Source: Octopus vulgaris (Eukaryota). Taken from it: a stretch of DNA of 64,000 bases. Positions 27,861-41,954 of this stretch are shown here, in pieces. The translations under genes were made by a program, and so were the position numbers. Location of the stretch: contig OX597817.1 in assembly GCA_951406725.2 (NCBI GenBank), positions 56,048,001 to 56,112,000 on the forward strand, given 5' to 3'. The notes beneath the pieces are model-generated. The model was not told the origin of the DNA and made no database searches. It saw only the letters and a list, made by a program, of their open reading frames with translations. Each line of letters begins with the position of its first letter. The first letter of the stretch is position 1.

Positions 27861-28238
27861 TTGTTTCAGTCATTTAACTGTGGCCATACCGGAGCACCAC
27901 TTGTAGTCGAACAAATCGACCCGAGGACTTATTTTTCGTATGCCTAGTATTTATTCTGTCACTTTCGCCGAACCGCTAAGTTACGGGGATGTAAACGGTT
28001 GTCAAGCGATGACAGGGAGACACACAAACTTATGTATGCATGTATGTATGTATGTATGTATGTATGTATAAATATATATACACACGATGGGCTTCTTTCA
28101 GTTTCCGTCTACCAAATCCACTCACAAGGCTTTGGCTGGCTTGACGTTATAGTAGAAGGCACTTGCCCAAGGTGCCACGCAGTGGGACTGAACCTGGAAC
28201 CATGTGGTTGGTAGGCAAACTACTTACCACACAGCCAC
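27861..28238 (-). mobile_element. SINE family B, full length
   Basis: Colinear with the copies at 12774 and 17435. Confidence 0.85.
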
Positions 28239-28703
28239 AAGCTTCCTTCGATATTTTCTTTACTCTTTCACAGTTTATAGTTTCGAAGTGAAAGGATTGC
28301 ATAGATGGAGGTAACCAGAAATTAGTAAAAGGCGTACCTTAAAATCTGTGCGGTTTTGATAGGAAATGTTATAATGACCTGTTGTTGCAAGATAATGGAC
28401 ATAAGTTTTAGTGGTAGTCTCAAAATGTCGCCTTCTTGAACACAGTCATTTGGTCAGTCCTTTGGCACCAGTCCAAGGCGGTGGAGCGCCGGAAGCGTTA
28501 AAGTGTCGAACGAGATCTATCGCTGGAATTGTTCCAGTGATCTGAGTAACTTTTGGATGGTAGACCTGATTTAACACTACATCCTAGACGTAGAGAAGCT
28601 TTAACAAAGTCCACACTGTTGTGACCATCCATAGCTTGTTCTTGGCTCTGTCAATAATTAGTTCGACACCTGCAGCCGTGTTTAAGCTGACTTTTCCAGG
28701 GTA

Positions 28704-28928
28704 CAACAGTCCCTCGACTATCACGGGTGTTACGCTCCAAAACCCCTCGTGATAGGTGAAAATCCGCGAAGTAGAAACAGTAATGTACTGCATATATATT
28801 TTTTTAATATTTCTATAATTTGTATATACTTATTTTATTATAAATGCAAAGCAACACCACGGAGGAAACGAAGTAAGATTAAATAATAAACCGCGATAAG
28901 TGAACCGCGATATGGTGAGGAATGACTG
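28704..28928. mobile_element. Tc1/mariner-like MITE with TA target duplication
   Basis: TA-CAACAGTCCCTCGACTATC ... GATATGGTGAGGAATGACTG-TA. Reverse complement of 19115-19368. Confidence 0.85.
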
Positions 28929-29407
28929 TACACTGTTGCAAATATTCTGTCCCTAATTATAATACCCACCAATCAGGTCCACTGAGGGCGTATCTTCAAA
29001 ATGTTGCTATGTGATAATAAAGGAAACCGTTTCCCTAATTCTACCTAGTCTGTCTCTCCAACGGCGACTTTCTGCTCCAGATATTGGTCTTCAGATATTT
29101 AAGTCGGATATCAACCATACCAGTCTCACCACTCAGGAGTGTTGACTCGCTATGGTTGTGGTCACTGCTTTTCTTCATTTCCCCACTTAATAAAATAATA
29201 TGTCCTTTAACATTAAACTAATTTTATGACATTGAAATACCCACAAATCAGATCCTTTGTAATAATCTCAAGCACAATGTGGCACTCTATTGTACAAGAG
29301 TATGTAGCATGTAGAAATTTCCCCTCGAATATCATTTTACCCCAGCTCTATTGTGAACATTTATAATCGTTGACTTTAGTTGCTAAATTATTCAAACTGG
29401 GTACTGC

Positions 29408-29446
29408 TTGGCTGATGAGACTGAAACAAGATCAAAACATGTCCGT
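29408..29446 (+). ncRNA. Decayed hammerhead motif
   Basis: CTGATGA (29412-29418), 15-nt stem II ending AAGATC, AAAA in place of GAAA, palindromic ACATGT, C17. Stem I is poor. Confidence 0.4.
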
Positions 29447-29829
29447 TACCTTCATCAGTTGGCTTTAAAGAAACAACGACACTTAAATGCATAGTCTTTA
29501 GTTTTATTTCTTTTTTACAAGAAATGTTGATGAGATATTATGAGTGGAGTTATTTCATATATTTGTTGTATGTAGGTTTTTAATACCCAACGGCATTTTT
29601 CTGATTGTTGCAAAATTGGAGATTTAACTGCTATATCTAACAGTTCGAGATACCATGAAGCGGTTATGATTACCTATCTAAGCATCACTCTATTTTGGAG
29701 ATAGATACTTACGTAGATAATTACGTGTGAGGGAAGGGTACATGTGCGTGTATGAGTATTGGCGCGCATATATATACAAGAATGAGAAACAGTTACATAC
29801 TTATAAGAATATGCACATACACATATACG

Positions 29830-30320
29830 TTTCTCCTTTCTCTTTCATCTGTTGGAGCAACGTCGATCATCTATTAGTCCTGGATATGGGGTTGAGCTTT
29901 GTGGGTGCGATAGTTACTAATCTCTTGAAGCCACGTCCAGAAGATTCTCAGGGAGTATCAATGGGGAATTTTGATGGCCTTGCTACTTTCACGGTGTCAT
30001 TTTTACTGGTCGGTTTACGTTGCTCTGCTTCTGCAATCTGTTGGCATCGCGGGTTCGAATAACCTCGTGGATAGTTGACCCCCCACTGCCTCACTCCTGA
30101 GATATCTGATTCCATGTGATTCAGCTGATACTGGAGGCCTTTTGAAAAACGCTTAGAGTTTCTTTGAAGTGTTTGTTCTGTCCTCCATGGAAGTGTTTAC
30201 TTTGCGTCACATAATAATTACTTTGGGGTTTGACCTACTAACTAAATGAACTGCCCAGCAAAGCATCAGAAAGGGCAGACTGGCACGGGTGAGTATATCA
30301 GAGTCTGGGATTTTGCATTG
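29830..30320 (-). mobile_element. Decayed RTE-clade LINE 3' portion
   Basis: Frameshifted minus-strand translation KIPDSDILTRASLP...WAVHLV...HGGQNKHFKETL...STIHE resembles the RTE ORF C-terminus. Confidence 0.7.
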
Positions 30321-30427
30321 CACACAAACATACACAAACATGTATAGGCACAGAGATATATAAATACATAACTTATATATGTGTATGTACAGATATATGG
30401 ATAGATATGTACGTATATATATATATA

Positions 30428-30492
<65 letters not shown>

Positions 30493-30796
30493 CTAGGTAT
30501 ATATCTATGTACGGATATGAGAAATGATTCATAACAGTCAACCACATATTACATTTGATAGTGCTTATGAAACGAGTCAAAAGTAATAAACAATTTGTAG
30601 AGTATATAAAGAATTTAAAAGAATAATCTAGATGGGAGGAGTAATGTGAGCAAGTTTCCGCCTACAGTCTTAAATGAAAAATACGGCCGATTCGCATGAA
30701 TATCTTCGTTAATAAATGCCGTTTATTCACAACGTTTAATACAGGCTAGAGTACTTTACCTGAAAGTGGTTCCCAGTCAAAAACTGGCCGCTGTTT

Positions 30797-30974
<178 letters not shown>

Positions 30975-31521
30975 CATATTTATATATATATATGTATATA
31001 GTGTATATATATATATATATATGCGTATTTATATATATATATATATTATGTATGTACTTATGTAGATATGTGTGTATATTCACTATGTGTGTATATTCAC
31101 TATGTGTGTGTGTGTGTAGCGATGTTTGTGTATGGAAACAGGTAAATACTAAAGCTCTTGAACAAATTGTGTTCTCTTTCAATTTCGCCATAATCGTTCT
31201 TCTTTAATCCCACTCTTCTCCGCCTCTCGCAGGTTTCTCTGTCTCTTTCCCTCTCTGGCTCTCTCTCACTCTATCTTTCTACTATGCTACCTCTCACCAC
31301 ACCCTCTCTGTCTCTCTATCTGTCTCTCTCTCTCTTTCTACCAATTCGTTAAGTCGATCCACTTTACCGTAGAGATATGATGAATCATGGTATATATTTG
31401 TTTGACTAAAGGAGTACCACTTGACCTAAATACTCTGTCTTCCACTCAATCGCGTTAAACCGGAATGAAGTAACAACAACGAAACATAACAAGTAGATAG
31501 ATAAATAAATATAGAAAAGAA

Positions 31522-31557
<36 letters not shown>

Positions 31558-32345
31558 GAGAAAGAAAGAAAGAACTCTATAACAGGTTATTTATTACTTG
31601 TTTCTGACAACGTGTTGAGATTTTAGCATCTAGGTCTTCCATAATCGATAGATATTTCACGTAATGGTTTGTTTAACTGTTGAACGGCATTTTAATATTT
31701 CTGGCTACAACATTGAACGTTTAGCTTGGCTTTTTATGTCATTGTTCTGTTTTCGATTTCTACGAAGTTTTTCTTTCTTTTATTTTTTTTATCGTACATG
31801 GGTGCAAAAGCGTTAGATTGCAAAATCCGATGTGTTTTCCAGTTACGAGCTTTTGCATTTTGAGTTCAAATTTTTCCCGAGGCAGTCCTTAATTTTCATC
31901 CGTCCAGCACCAACTGGCATGGCCTACTAGACCCTTCTCCTCACACCATATTTGTCCCTTTGTTTGAAATCCACTGTACATTGTGAAATCGATTTGATTA
32001 AAACGATCGCTTCATAAATATCCTCTTACATGACTGACCCAAATGTCTAAGCCCTTCTTAAAGTGCTTTCTCCAAGCGAGAGCACCAATTCACCATCATC
32101 AGACAAATACGGTAGATATAAACGTACAATTAAAAGGAACTGTTTGCACAAACTTGGTAAGGCTGATTAGAGTTAGGGGTCAGATTAGGCGCACAAGTGT
32201 CTGTGGGAAAATCGGTAGCTAATCACTCTAGAACAGTGCTTCTCAAAATATCTGTAGCGTACAGGCAGTTTTTTTTTTCCAATGTGCCATGGACCGGTAA
32301 TGTTTCTTAGTAATATTAATTTATACTGGAAACAATATATATAAT

Positions 32346-32548
32346 TACGGAGATGTACTTGCATAGCAAGTGACTTGATCTGAGATCGTGTGCTGGAACG
32401 AAAACAATTGCAGCGTGGAAGGTGTTTATAAACCATTTAAGAAACACACAAAAACCGTTAGATTCACTTCAACATTTAAATTTAATTTGTCAAAATATTT
32501 TCGCCGCTTTGAGACCGCGATCTGTTCACTGACAAAACTTCGAGCTGC
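32346..32548 (-). mobile_element. 203-bp hammerhead-bearing insert (Penelope-like) nested in the MITE
   Basis: Flanked by the direct repeat ATATATAAT (32337-32345 and 32549-32557); contains the motif at 32486-32536. Confidence 0.7.
32486..32536 (-). ncRNA. Type I hammerhead motif with G3-C8 core variant
   Basis: Stem I TTTGTCA/TGACAAA (7 bp); core GTGAACA (32529-32523); stem II G(A)TCGC/GCGGC; GAAA (32502-32499); palindromic AATATT; H17=U at 32493. Confidence 0.7.
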
Positions 32549-33403
32549 ATATATAATGAATATAATAAAAGCTGACAATTTTTTATATATTTTATATTTA
32601 TTTTGTAAACAAATAATTCAATATTACATAAGCGTTTTATAATGATTCTTTATTTCCTGGAAACTGGCCGCGTATCGGCAGCTGATGACTCGCAGACCGG
32701 CACCGGTCCGCGGATCATCACTATGAGTAACACTGTTCTAGAAGATATGATGGACTATTTTCTATAATTAAAAGAATTGGCTTTATTGCACACCGAGTCA
32801 AAACGAGTCAACATGAAGAATTTAAAATACTCATACACCAATCTCACGTACATAAAATGTATATCATGTGTTCATTCTGGAAGTCTTTGTGTGTGTGTGT
32901 GTGTGTGTGTATGGATGTATATGCACACACATATACAAATATATGCATATTCATATATACTTATGCATACATCTATCGGACGTTGTTATACATCGCTGGT
33001 CACAATGAGTTTTGCATCATTTTTGCTTTTGAATGATGTTACCCAACTGATTAAGCCGTGCAAGCGAACACCCCTCCCCATCATCGTGGAACGGTGACCC
33101 ATTTACGACTGAGTGGACTGGAGCAACGAGAAATGAAGTGTTTTGCTCAAGAACACAAAGCACAGGTCGTCTGGGAATTGAAACTACGATTACCCGATCG
33201 TCAATGCAGCACGCCTAAACACTAGGCCACGCCGTCACATATATACGTACATGCATACACAAATAGTAAAAATATGTGGGTAAAAAGGTTGAATTAAATT
33301 TGTCCTTTAATTTAGAGTTTTCCAAAAAAGATTTCTAATATTGGTTATTCATATTTTGCCGGTAAATTTGCGAATATAAAAATAATACTTGTATATGGTG
33401 TGT

Positions 33404-33868
33404 TGTGATTTTATGGAAAGAAATCCCATAAGACTCAACGGTTTCGTTAAAAACGGAGAAGAGATGATATTAAAATATATAAGAGAATTTTAATTCATGC
33501 AGATGATCGTTTCGTACAGAGATATGAAAATCATGCAAATTCATGGTTGAATTGAATTAAATCAAATTAATTATATATCACAGTACTCTTCAGTGCAAGA
33601 AGTATTAACAATTGTTTCTACAAAGAACTTGAGAAGGGAAACAGCAGAACAGAATCTAGAAGATTCCTATTTATCCTTACGAGAAAAAAAGATATGTAAG
33701 TCCAGTTAGGTATTAACTATAACTAAATGGCGGTGCCCCAGCATGACCACAGCTCATGAGCTGAAACTGGAAAAATCAAAAACCAAAATCAAAGGATATA
33801 TCGGTTATTTGAAAATAACCGTTAACAAAATGGTTGAGTTTTATGGAATGTCTTTCCATAAATTCACA
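33404..33868. mobile_element. Element with ~50-bp imperfect inverted repeats enclosing a hammerhead
   Basis: Arms 33404-33456 and 33819-33868 (TTTATGGAAAGA..CCATAA.ACTCAAC). A short CR1/SINE-type 3' tail (GGCGGTGCCCCAGCATGACC...) is nested at ~33710-33793. Confidence 0.65.
33494..33601 (-). ncRNA. Type I hammerhead motif with 73-nt stem II domain
   Basis: Stem I TTCTTGCA/TGCATGAA (7/8); CTGAAGA (33593-33587); stem II GTACTGTGATAT/ATATCTCTGTAC (10/12); GAAA (33513-33510); ACGATCAT (one change from ACGATCGT); C17 at 33502. Confidence 0.75.
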
Positions 33869-33917
33869 TCATGCATACATAAATAGATATGTACATACAC
33901 ACACACACGTAAAATAA

Positions 33918-33969
<52 letters not shown>

Positions 33970-34552
33970 TAGCGAGCGCGTAAACCACTGTAGCAGCTTA
34001 AGTGTATACAAAGAGCAAAAAATTTTTGAACTCTGAGTTTATATTGCGTGCATGTCCGGATCCTTACTCAACAACGAACGCACGCACTATTTCTTACTGT
34101 ATTTCTTTCTTTCTCTTTCTCTCTCTCTCTTTTTATTTCTCCTCCTCTCTCTTCTCTCTTTCCCTCTTCCTCACTCTGTCTCTCTCACTGTAAATTATAA
34201 GTTAATTGGTAAAACACTGCTCTTTAAAATGCGATAAACGTTCACTCGCAGACATTCGGGTGTAAATAGAATATACATCCATATATCGTCTGTGTATCCC
34301 ATTGCTACCAAAAGTAACGCTAGTATCCAGGAATTTTGAAACACCGATCTGCAGTCGACGTTCACAATGTTTACAACGAAAAGTGCCTTAGTTTCTTCGA
34401 TATTTGAGAAACGCCAATAAAGACGGCCATTATCAAGTTCGTGGATATCAATGGAAAAACCATTACAAGGAAGAAATGTTACGCATTAACGACTCGCAAA
34501 TGCATACATACATACATACATACATACATACATACATACATACATACATACA

Positions 34553-34655
<103 letters not shown>

Positions 34656-34656
34656 G

Positions 34657-34693
<37 letters not shown>

Positions 34694-34924
34694 TAAAGAG
34701 ATAGATATGTGTGTGAATATTTATGTATGTATATATATATATACATACATATATATACGTGTATATATATATATGTATATATATATACATATATATATAT
34801 GCGTGTGTATGTGTATATATATACGTGTATATTATATATATATATATATATACACACAGGTGTGTATGTATATGTATACGTATATGTGCAAACATATATG
34901 TTTGTGTGTACGTATGCATGTCTG

Positions 34925-35040
<116 letters not shown>

Positions 35041-35451
35041 AATAGATATACGTATGAATATATATATATGAATGAATGTGTGTGTGTGGGGGTAATAAAG
35101 AAATAATATGTATATTAAAAAATATATATATATTTATATATGTATATTTATATATAGATAGCCATTGCTTCGCCATACAACAGTGCAATGACGAAGCTTC
35201 TCCCATCAGAACGTCACCCGCCACACCTTCCCTTACCTGTGCCACACGCCACCAGCTTCACTAAACAACTTCCAATCATCTTCGTCGCCGCCGCCGCCGC
35301 CGCCGCCCATCCACCACTCCAGCATTCAAACAACCGAACACTCAAGCTGGCAAGTCTTTACACGGACCCATTTGCCAAGAGGATCACGTGAGCAGTATGG
35401 CGTCACTTTAACTAAAGAGAACATTTATGTAAAAGCCCACAAAGAGAAACT

Positions 35452-35557
<106 letters not shown>

Positions 35558-35905
35558 CGAAACAGAATAAACACAAAACAAATATAACCTTTAAAAAAAC
35601 AAGGCAAAAACAATAATAATAACAGACAAAAACAACATAGAAAATTATATGAATATATATATGTAAGTATGTATGTATGTATATATGTATACATGTATAC
35701 ATATGCACACATATATATATACAAGTGTATATGTATGTTTGTATGTATATATGTATACATATATATATATTTATGTACACACATATAGATACATATATTT
35801 ATATATATCTTTATATTTATATGCACACACAAATTTATGTGTGCATGTCTACATCTATATATAGATATGTTTACATATATATATAAATACGTCTACATGC
35901 AGATA

Positions 35906-35949
<44 letters not shown>

Positions 35950-36031
35950 CATAGATACATATATATAATAATATATATATATATATACATGTATAAATAT
36001 ATATACATATATATTTATATCTGTAAGTGTA

Positions 36032-36068
<37 letters not shown>

Positions 36069-36475
36069 TGAATGGATTGTATTTAGCTAGAAGTCTAAAC
36101 GGAAGCTGATTACAGTGGATGACAGACGCGCTTCCATCGTAAATCCTTCTGAAGGAGGAGGCACGGGGATTGCAAAACCAATTGACTACTGTCGAATCAG
36201 GGAGGCCTGAGATGAAATGTTTTGACATACAACGAAGACATAGAAAGAGAGGATTCTATAAGAAGAAGCTGGTGGCCGGCTACATACAGGCTTAGAGGAA
36301 CACATACACACACACTCACTCACAAATACACACACACAGAAACCCTCATATATATGTATATATATATATACATATATATACAAACACCCTGACGTACTGA
36401 AGGGGTGCGTGTGCTTTGCAGATGGACTCTTAATAGTCGCAAATATAAAGAAAACCTTTCACACAAATGTGTGCT

Positions 36476-36528
<53 letters not shown>

Positions 36529-36867
36529 CATACATTCTCTTATATGTATACTTATATATATATGAGAATGTATGCATATATATACATATATAGATTCTCA
36601 TATATATATATATATATATATATATGCGCATACATTCTTATATATATATACACTCTTTCTCTTTCCTTTCTTTCTTTCGTTCTTTCTTCCTTCGTTTCAC
36701 TCACCCTCTCTTTGTAAATGAAAGGAACCTTAAAAACACCACCAACAACAACAGCAACAACACGAAAAGCAGCAGCAGCGACAGAAACTACGATATTCTG
36801 TCTTTAATATGTTCTTCCTTCAATAACATCGGTTTTGCTTCCCTGTGTGTGTGTGTGTGTGTGTTCC

Positions 36868-36924
<57 letters not shown>

Positions 36925-36925
<1 letters not shown>

Positions 36926-37130
36926 GTTTGTGTGTCTGTGTTTATCCTCCTCCAACATCGCTAGACAACCGATGATGGTATGGTTAAGTCACCGTAACTT
37001 AGCGGTTCGGCAAAGGAGTCGGATAGAATAAGTACTAGCCTTACAAAGAATAAGTCCTGGTGTCGATTTGCTCGACTAAAGGCGGTGCTCTAGCATGTCC
37101 GCACTCAAATGACTGAAACAAGTAAAATAG
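36925..37130 (+). mobile_element. SINE family B, 3' half
   Basis: GTAACTTAGCGGTTCGGCAAA...GGCGGTGCTCTAGCATG...ATGACTGAAACAAGTAAAA. Another 3' half at 40700-40910 and a remnant at 8395-8485. Confidence 0.8.
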
Positions 37131-37150
37131 TAAAAATGAATATACATATA

Positions 37151-37207
<57 letters not shown>

Positions 37208-37544
37208 TCAATATTATACATACATTATAAAACAATTATATGCACTCATATGGATCCAGTTTCGCATTATATGGAAATCATAAATCGACGCCGTTCCTCA
37301 TAATATTCACAAATTTGACGTCTCAAAATAAAAACTTTCGAAGGAGCAATCGAACGATATTTGGATGTGATGTTTGAGCGGAAGTATGCTGAGATTTGCT
37401 GTGTCAAAGAAAGTCCTGTATGTATTTGATGGCTCAACATAGTAACGTAGTGACATATACGCATATTTGTATCTCTCTCTCTGTCTCTCTCTCTCTCACT
37501 CTGTCTCCCTCTGTCTCTCCCTTTATTCTTTCCCTGCATTACCC

Positions 37545-37776
37545 ATTTCTTTACTGCCCACAAGGGGGTTAAACACAGAGGAGACAAACAAGGACGGACA
37601 GACGGATTAAGTCGATTACATCGACCCCCAGTGCGTAACTGGTACTTATTTAATCGACCCCGAAAGGATGAAAGGCAAAGTCGACCTCGGCGGAATTTGA
37701 ACTCAGAACGTAACAGCAGACGAAATACTGCTAAGCATTTCGCCCGGAGTGCTAACGTTCCTGCCAGTTCGCCGCC
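37545..37776 (-). mobile_element. SINE family A monomer
   Basis: High identity to the reverse complement of 22963-23190. Confidence 0.9.
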
Positions 37777-37809
37777 TTAATTTCACTGCATTGCTTTCTA
37801 TTTTTGCAC

Positions 37810-38090
37810 TGTATTGCCAGCTAAGGCCATGCTGGCTTACCGTGTTTTAGCGTGATTGTTGCCCTGTTTTTGGTGAAGTAGTGATGTGGGTTCATCTGGT
37901 ATCTCAGATAAAAAAAGAAATCTTTCAAGAGCTCTTTGAAGACCTCAGCATCTACGCCTTGCAAATCTCTGAGGTTGTCTGGCAGAAAACATTCAAGCTC
38001 GCCAGGATAACTTTCTATTGCAAAATCAAACCATTCAACATTTAAAGGGAAATTCATTGAGTACTTTGGTGACAATTATGTTACTAATTG
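37810..38090 (-). mobile_element. Decayed CR1-like LINE 3' end
   Basis: Translation FLPDNLRDLQGVDAEVFKELL resembles the CR1 ORF2 C-terminus; followed by a CCAGCATGGCC tail motif. Confidence 0.6.
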
Positions 38091-38181
38091 CAATGATAAT
38101 GTACCCTGTTGAATAATGTACTTTGTTGAATATGAAGGTATGAGTTTCTTAGTAAATATGTGTATATATACATAAATTCAT

Positions 38182-38212
<31 letters not shown>

Positions 38213-38259
38213 CATGATTAGTGAGGGAGTCGGAAGCTGGAAGATACGAGAATGTTTAT

Positions 38260-38369
38260 TAATCACTACAGTTGTTCCGAGTTATCTAGCATCGATCCCT
38301 CATGGGTGGAATGCTTACCGACTGGTTCAGGAGTATCCGTCGGTGTAGTTGTGTCTCTTCAGGGGATTA
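38260..38369 (-). ncRNA. Type I hammerhead motif with branched 77-nt stem II, slightly decayed
   Basis: Stem I TAATCCC/GTGATTA (6/7); CTGAAGA (38362-38356); internal hairpins ACCGAC/GTCGGT and AGCAT/ATGCT; GGAA in place of GAAA; ACAACTGT (one change from ACAGCTGT); GUA triplet. Confidence 0.6.
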
Positions 38370-38540
38370 CATGATGTATCTTATTAAAATAACGACTGTT
38401 CTGCAGGATACCTTCACGTTGTTTGTGAATAGAAAAGCAGCAAATTAACGAATGCAGCTTAATTTTTATACAAGATCAGTAATAAATAAATTACAGATGC
38501 AAAAAGTAAAGAATACACAATACACCGAAAAAGTATTAAG

Positions 38541-38600
<60 letters not shown>

Positions 38601-38601
<1 letters not shown>

Positions 38602-38790
38602 TGAAATTTACAGAAAACTAAAAGACGAAGACAGGTGTATGAACAACAAACAGGTGTATTAGTTTGACGCTCGGGGAAGTGAGAAAGTCTTATACATTAC
38701 GAGCCTACGCTCTTCAACAGAAAGGAATAAGAGAAAATGAGCAGAGAGAGAATAAAAAGAAACTTGTGGATTTAGCGATCAAGCATGATG
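38601..38790 (-). mobile_element. TA-abutting insert with decayed minimal hammerhead (38689-38724)
   Basis: Minus strand CTGTTGA-A-GAGC-GTAG-GCTC-GTAA-TG-TA. Shares GTATTA..GACGCTC.GG and the GAGC/GCTC stem with the 56127 element. Confidence 0.6.
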
Positions 38791-40155
38791 GTTGCAACTC
38801 GCTTTCTATCAATATGACCTTTTAATTGTTCTTTGAAACAGTTTAAATATGAGCAGCATAGACGTTGCTTTTCCACTCCACCTTGACACTTCAACTTGTT
38901 TGTGGTAACCGTGGCTGCCTTCTACAAGAGGTGTTCACAGAGCTTCCCGCGCACACTGACACATCACTTCATACTATTATCGAAGTCTTCGTGGAGTGAT
39001 TTCCCTTTTTACGGTTGCCTGTAATCATATTATGCAACACGTATTAAAGATGTTGAAAATCAACCAATGATTGTTTGTAGTTTTTTAAAGTGAGGGAAGG
39101 CGTTTTACATGGCCAGCCTGCATCTCTAAGTAATGTATGCTTTTGAATAAAAAATAACTTGTCTACATCCTCGGATCCAAATGAAGGCACAGGTGTCACG
39201 TCAGAGTTTTCCTCTACTTACACAGATGTCTAAACAAAGAGCAGGTGTCTCTCACTTACAACTACTGGATGGCCGTTAAATCTACTGATTTCAGCGGCCC
39301 ATTGTCAGATTTTGTTTCTCGTTTTGCCAGATGTCCAACAAAAACCATCCTTTTTACCAAGAAAATTTGGTAGGGTTGCCTGTTTACTTAACAACGGCCC
39401 GACCATGCGACAGGTTGTTCGGCCCGACCATGCAACAGGTTGAATGTGACCTGACATACATACTATAGACACATGCATGCGTATGTTTGAGTGTGTAAGT
39501 TTGCGTGTATGTATGTATGCGTGTTCATTACTAGATAGATATACAGATATAGTATATTTATTATATTTTATTATATTTATCCATATTTTTTGTCTATTTT
39601 CAGGCGGCGTCGGAGTGAACCAGTTCTTTTGGTTTGAAAAATGTATCACAATCCCAACGACACGATATTTTAAACATGGCGTTTGTTCTTTGCTCTAGAT
39701 GATCATGGTAAATATATTTGCTTATATGTAGTAACATTCTCTTTATTGTAGACAGAAGAGAATACACACACTCACACTCATTCACATACACACACATACG
39801 TACACCTGCATACACTTAGCTATATAACGTAATCAACTATCTGCCATTTTTTCTTAAAATATTCCTGCGAATACTCATCTTCATATCCCGAGACACCAAC
39901 GCCTTCCTAAAATATATGTTTCAAAATATTTTCGACACATTCTATCAAAGTATTTCATAAGACAAGAAAAGGATTACATTATTGGTAACTCAGAGAAGCC
40001 TGCAAAAGTAACAATAACTATAGATAAATTAGTTTTAACAAATTTTTATACAACCAGCGTTAAAACAACTTAGTAGGAATTAATGTATAACAAACAAATA
40101 ATATTAGTCAATGACTAATAATCGGTTTATAATTTTGACAACTACAAATGAAAAT

Positions 40156-40196
40156 CCAGAGCATATTTCGATCTTATTATGAACTCATCAGCGAAA
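40156..40196 (-). ncRNA. Decayed hammerhead motif
   Basis: CTGATGA (40191-40185), 15-nt stem II ending AAGATC, GAAA (40169-40166), TATG. The cleavage site is mutated; layout matches 29412. Confidence 0.4.
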
Positions 40197-41761
40197 CATA
40201 GCGTCTACTGTATTTATAAGGACGAGAGATTCACTAAGTAAATGTACAATATCACATAAATGTGGGAATATGCATATTTTATGAATCTTAACTATTTAAT
40301 ATTATCACATAAATCCAATTCGATGAATGAAGATATATATTTATACTGATAATGTCCTATAAGCTCCTTATCAACACAATAGAACTATCGTGCTTATTTT
40401 TCTTACCGCCTATCAGCTGAGCGCCTGTCATTTACGGAATCAGTTAAATATTTAGGATCAACTTGAAAGAACGCTTCAAAATTTACTCCCAGCATACCAC
40501 CAAGAAACACAAATGGATGTGAAGGAAGCCAGTGAAATGTATAAACTAAGTTTGGCCATACAGCGTTTAACACGTGGTTTAGAAATGCTACGTAACAAGA
40601 AAGATCTGTTACGAGATTATAGCGGTAAAACCAAACCCTAGCAATTCAGCAACTAGTCAAAGTTAAAGATTAAGTGTTTTATTAAATATGAATACAAATG
40701 TGTGTGTGTGTGTTAGTCCCCCCCAACGCTTGACAACCTGTATTAATGTGTTTATGTCCCCCTAACTAAGCGGTTCGCCTAAGAGACTTATGGAGTAAAT
40801 ATCATGCATCAGGAAATAACTACTGCGGTCGATTCGTTCAGCTAAGCATTCTTCCAGGGGGTGCCCCATCATGGCCGCAGTCGAATGACTGAAACAAGTA
40901 ATGGATAAAAGATTAAATACGAAAGCGGTCGGTAAAAGTTGTGGCGGTCAACGTAAACTTTGGCGGCGGCCTGGGGTGAGAGTGGGTGAGATTGATTACC
41001 CTGGAGTTCAAGTAGGGATCAACGAAAGACAATAACGAGGATGAGTCGGAGTCGGTAGTCAAGTTCGTGTGTGTGTGTGTGTGTGTATGTGTATATGTTT
41101 GTGTGTACGGGAGTGGTTTGCATTGATATACGTATGAAAGATCCTGAAAAAGCTGGCACCAAACTTTGGTATCAACCGGTGAAATGAACTAAAAATCCCC
41201 CTAGGAGTCACTTAAGAAATAACAGCCAAAACTTAAGGATATCCAAAATTCAAGCGCTGAAGGTGCTACTAGTGTTGTTTACATTCCTCAGTTAGATCTA
41301 TAATCGAAGGTATTCTGTCTATAACCACTTCGGCTTTTTTTATATATTATATACAGAGAACCGATATAGGGTGTGATCTAAGGGAGATTTGATTGCTCAT
41401 TCTTGCAGGTTAAGCAATTCTGTAAAGGATAACCAGTCGAGGGGTTAGTTATAATAACCAGATGTATACAAATTAATATGTTTTAGTGGTAATAAGTAAT
41501 GCTGCAACAATAGATAAATGTAATGTAAAAGTTGTTGTCTCTTATTGCATGCAAATGATGAATGAGGTATGAACATGTTCACCACACGGCAGTCATGTCA
41601 GCGTGTTGGGAAAGGATGGACAATACGACGGACATATAATGTATTGGATATACAGATGTGGCCGAATATATATACATATACAGAAATAAAGACAGACAGA
41701 CAGACGGTTAAACAGACAGACAGACAGACAGACAGATAGACAGACAGACAGACAGGCAGAG

Positions 41762-41830
<69 letters not shown>

Positions 41831-41875
41831 CAGAGGACAGACAGGCGAACAAACAGGCAGACAGACAGACAGACC

Positions 41876-41954
<79 letters not shown>

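Larger units (their letters stand above)
32234..32735. mobile_element. hAT (Charlie-like) MITE with nested insertion
   Basis: TIRs CAGTGCTTCTCAAA / TATGAGTAACACTG; 8-bp TSD CTCTAGAA (32226-32233) / TTCTAGAA (32736-32743). Confidence 0.85.

Noticed and set aside
32050-32110. Minus-strand CTGATGA...GAAAGCACTTTA; similar weak cases at 57785-57845 and 63488-63545
   Set aside because: Stems I and II do not pair convincingly.
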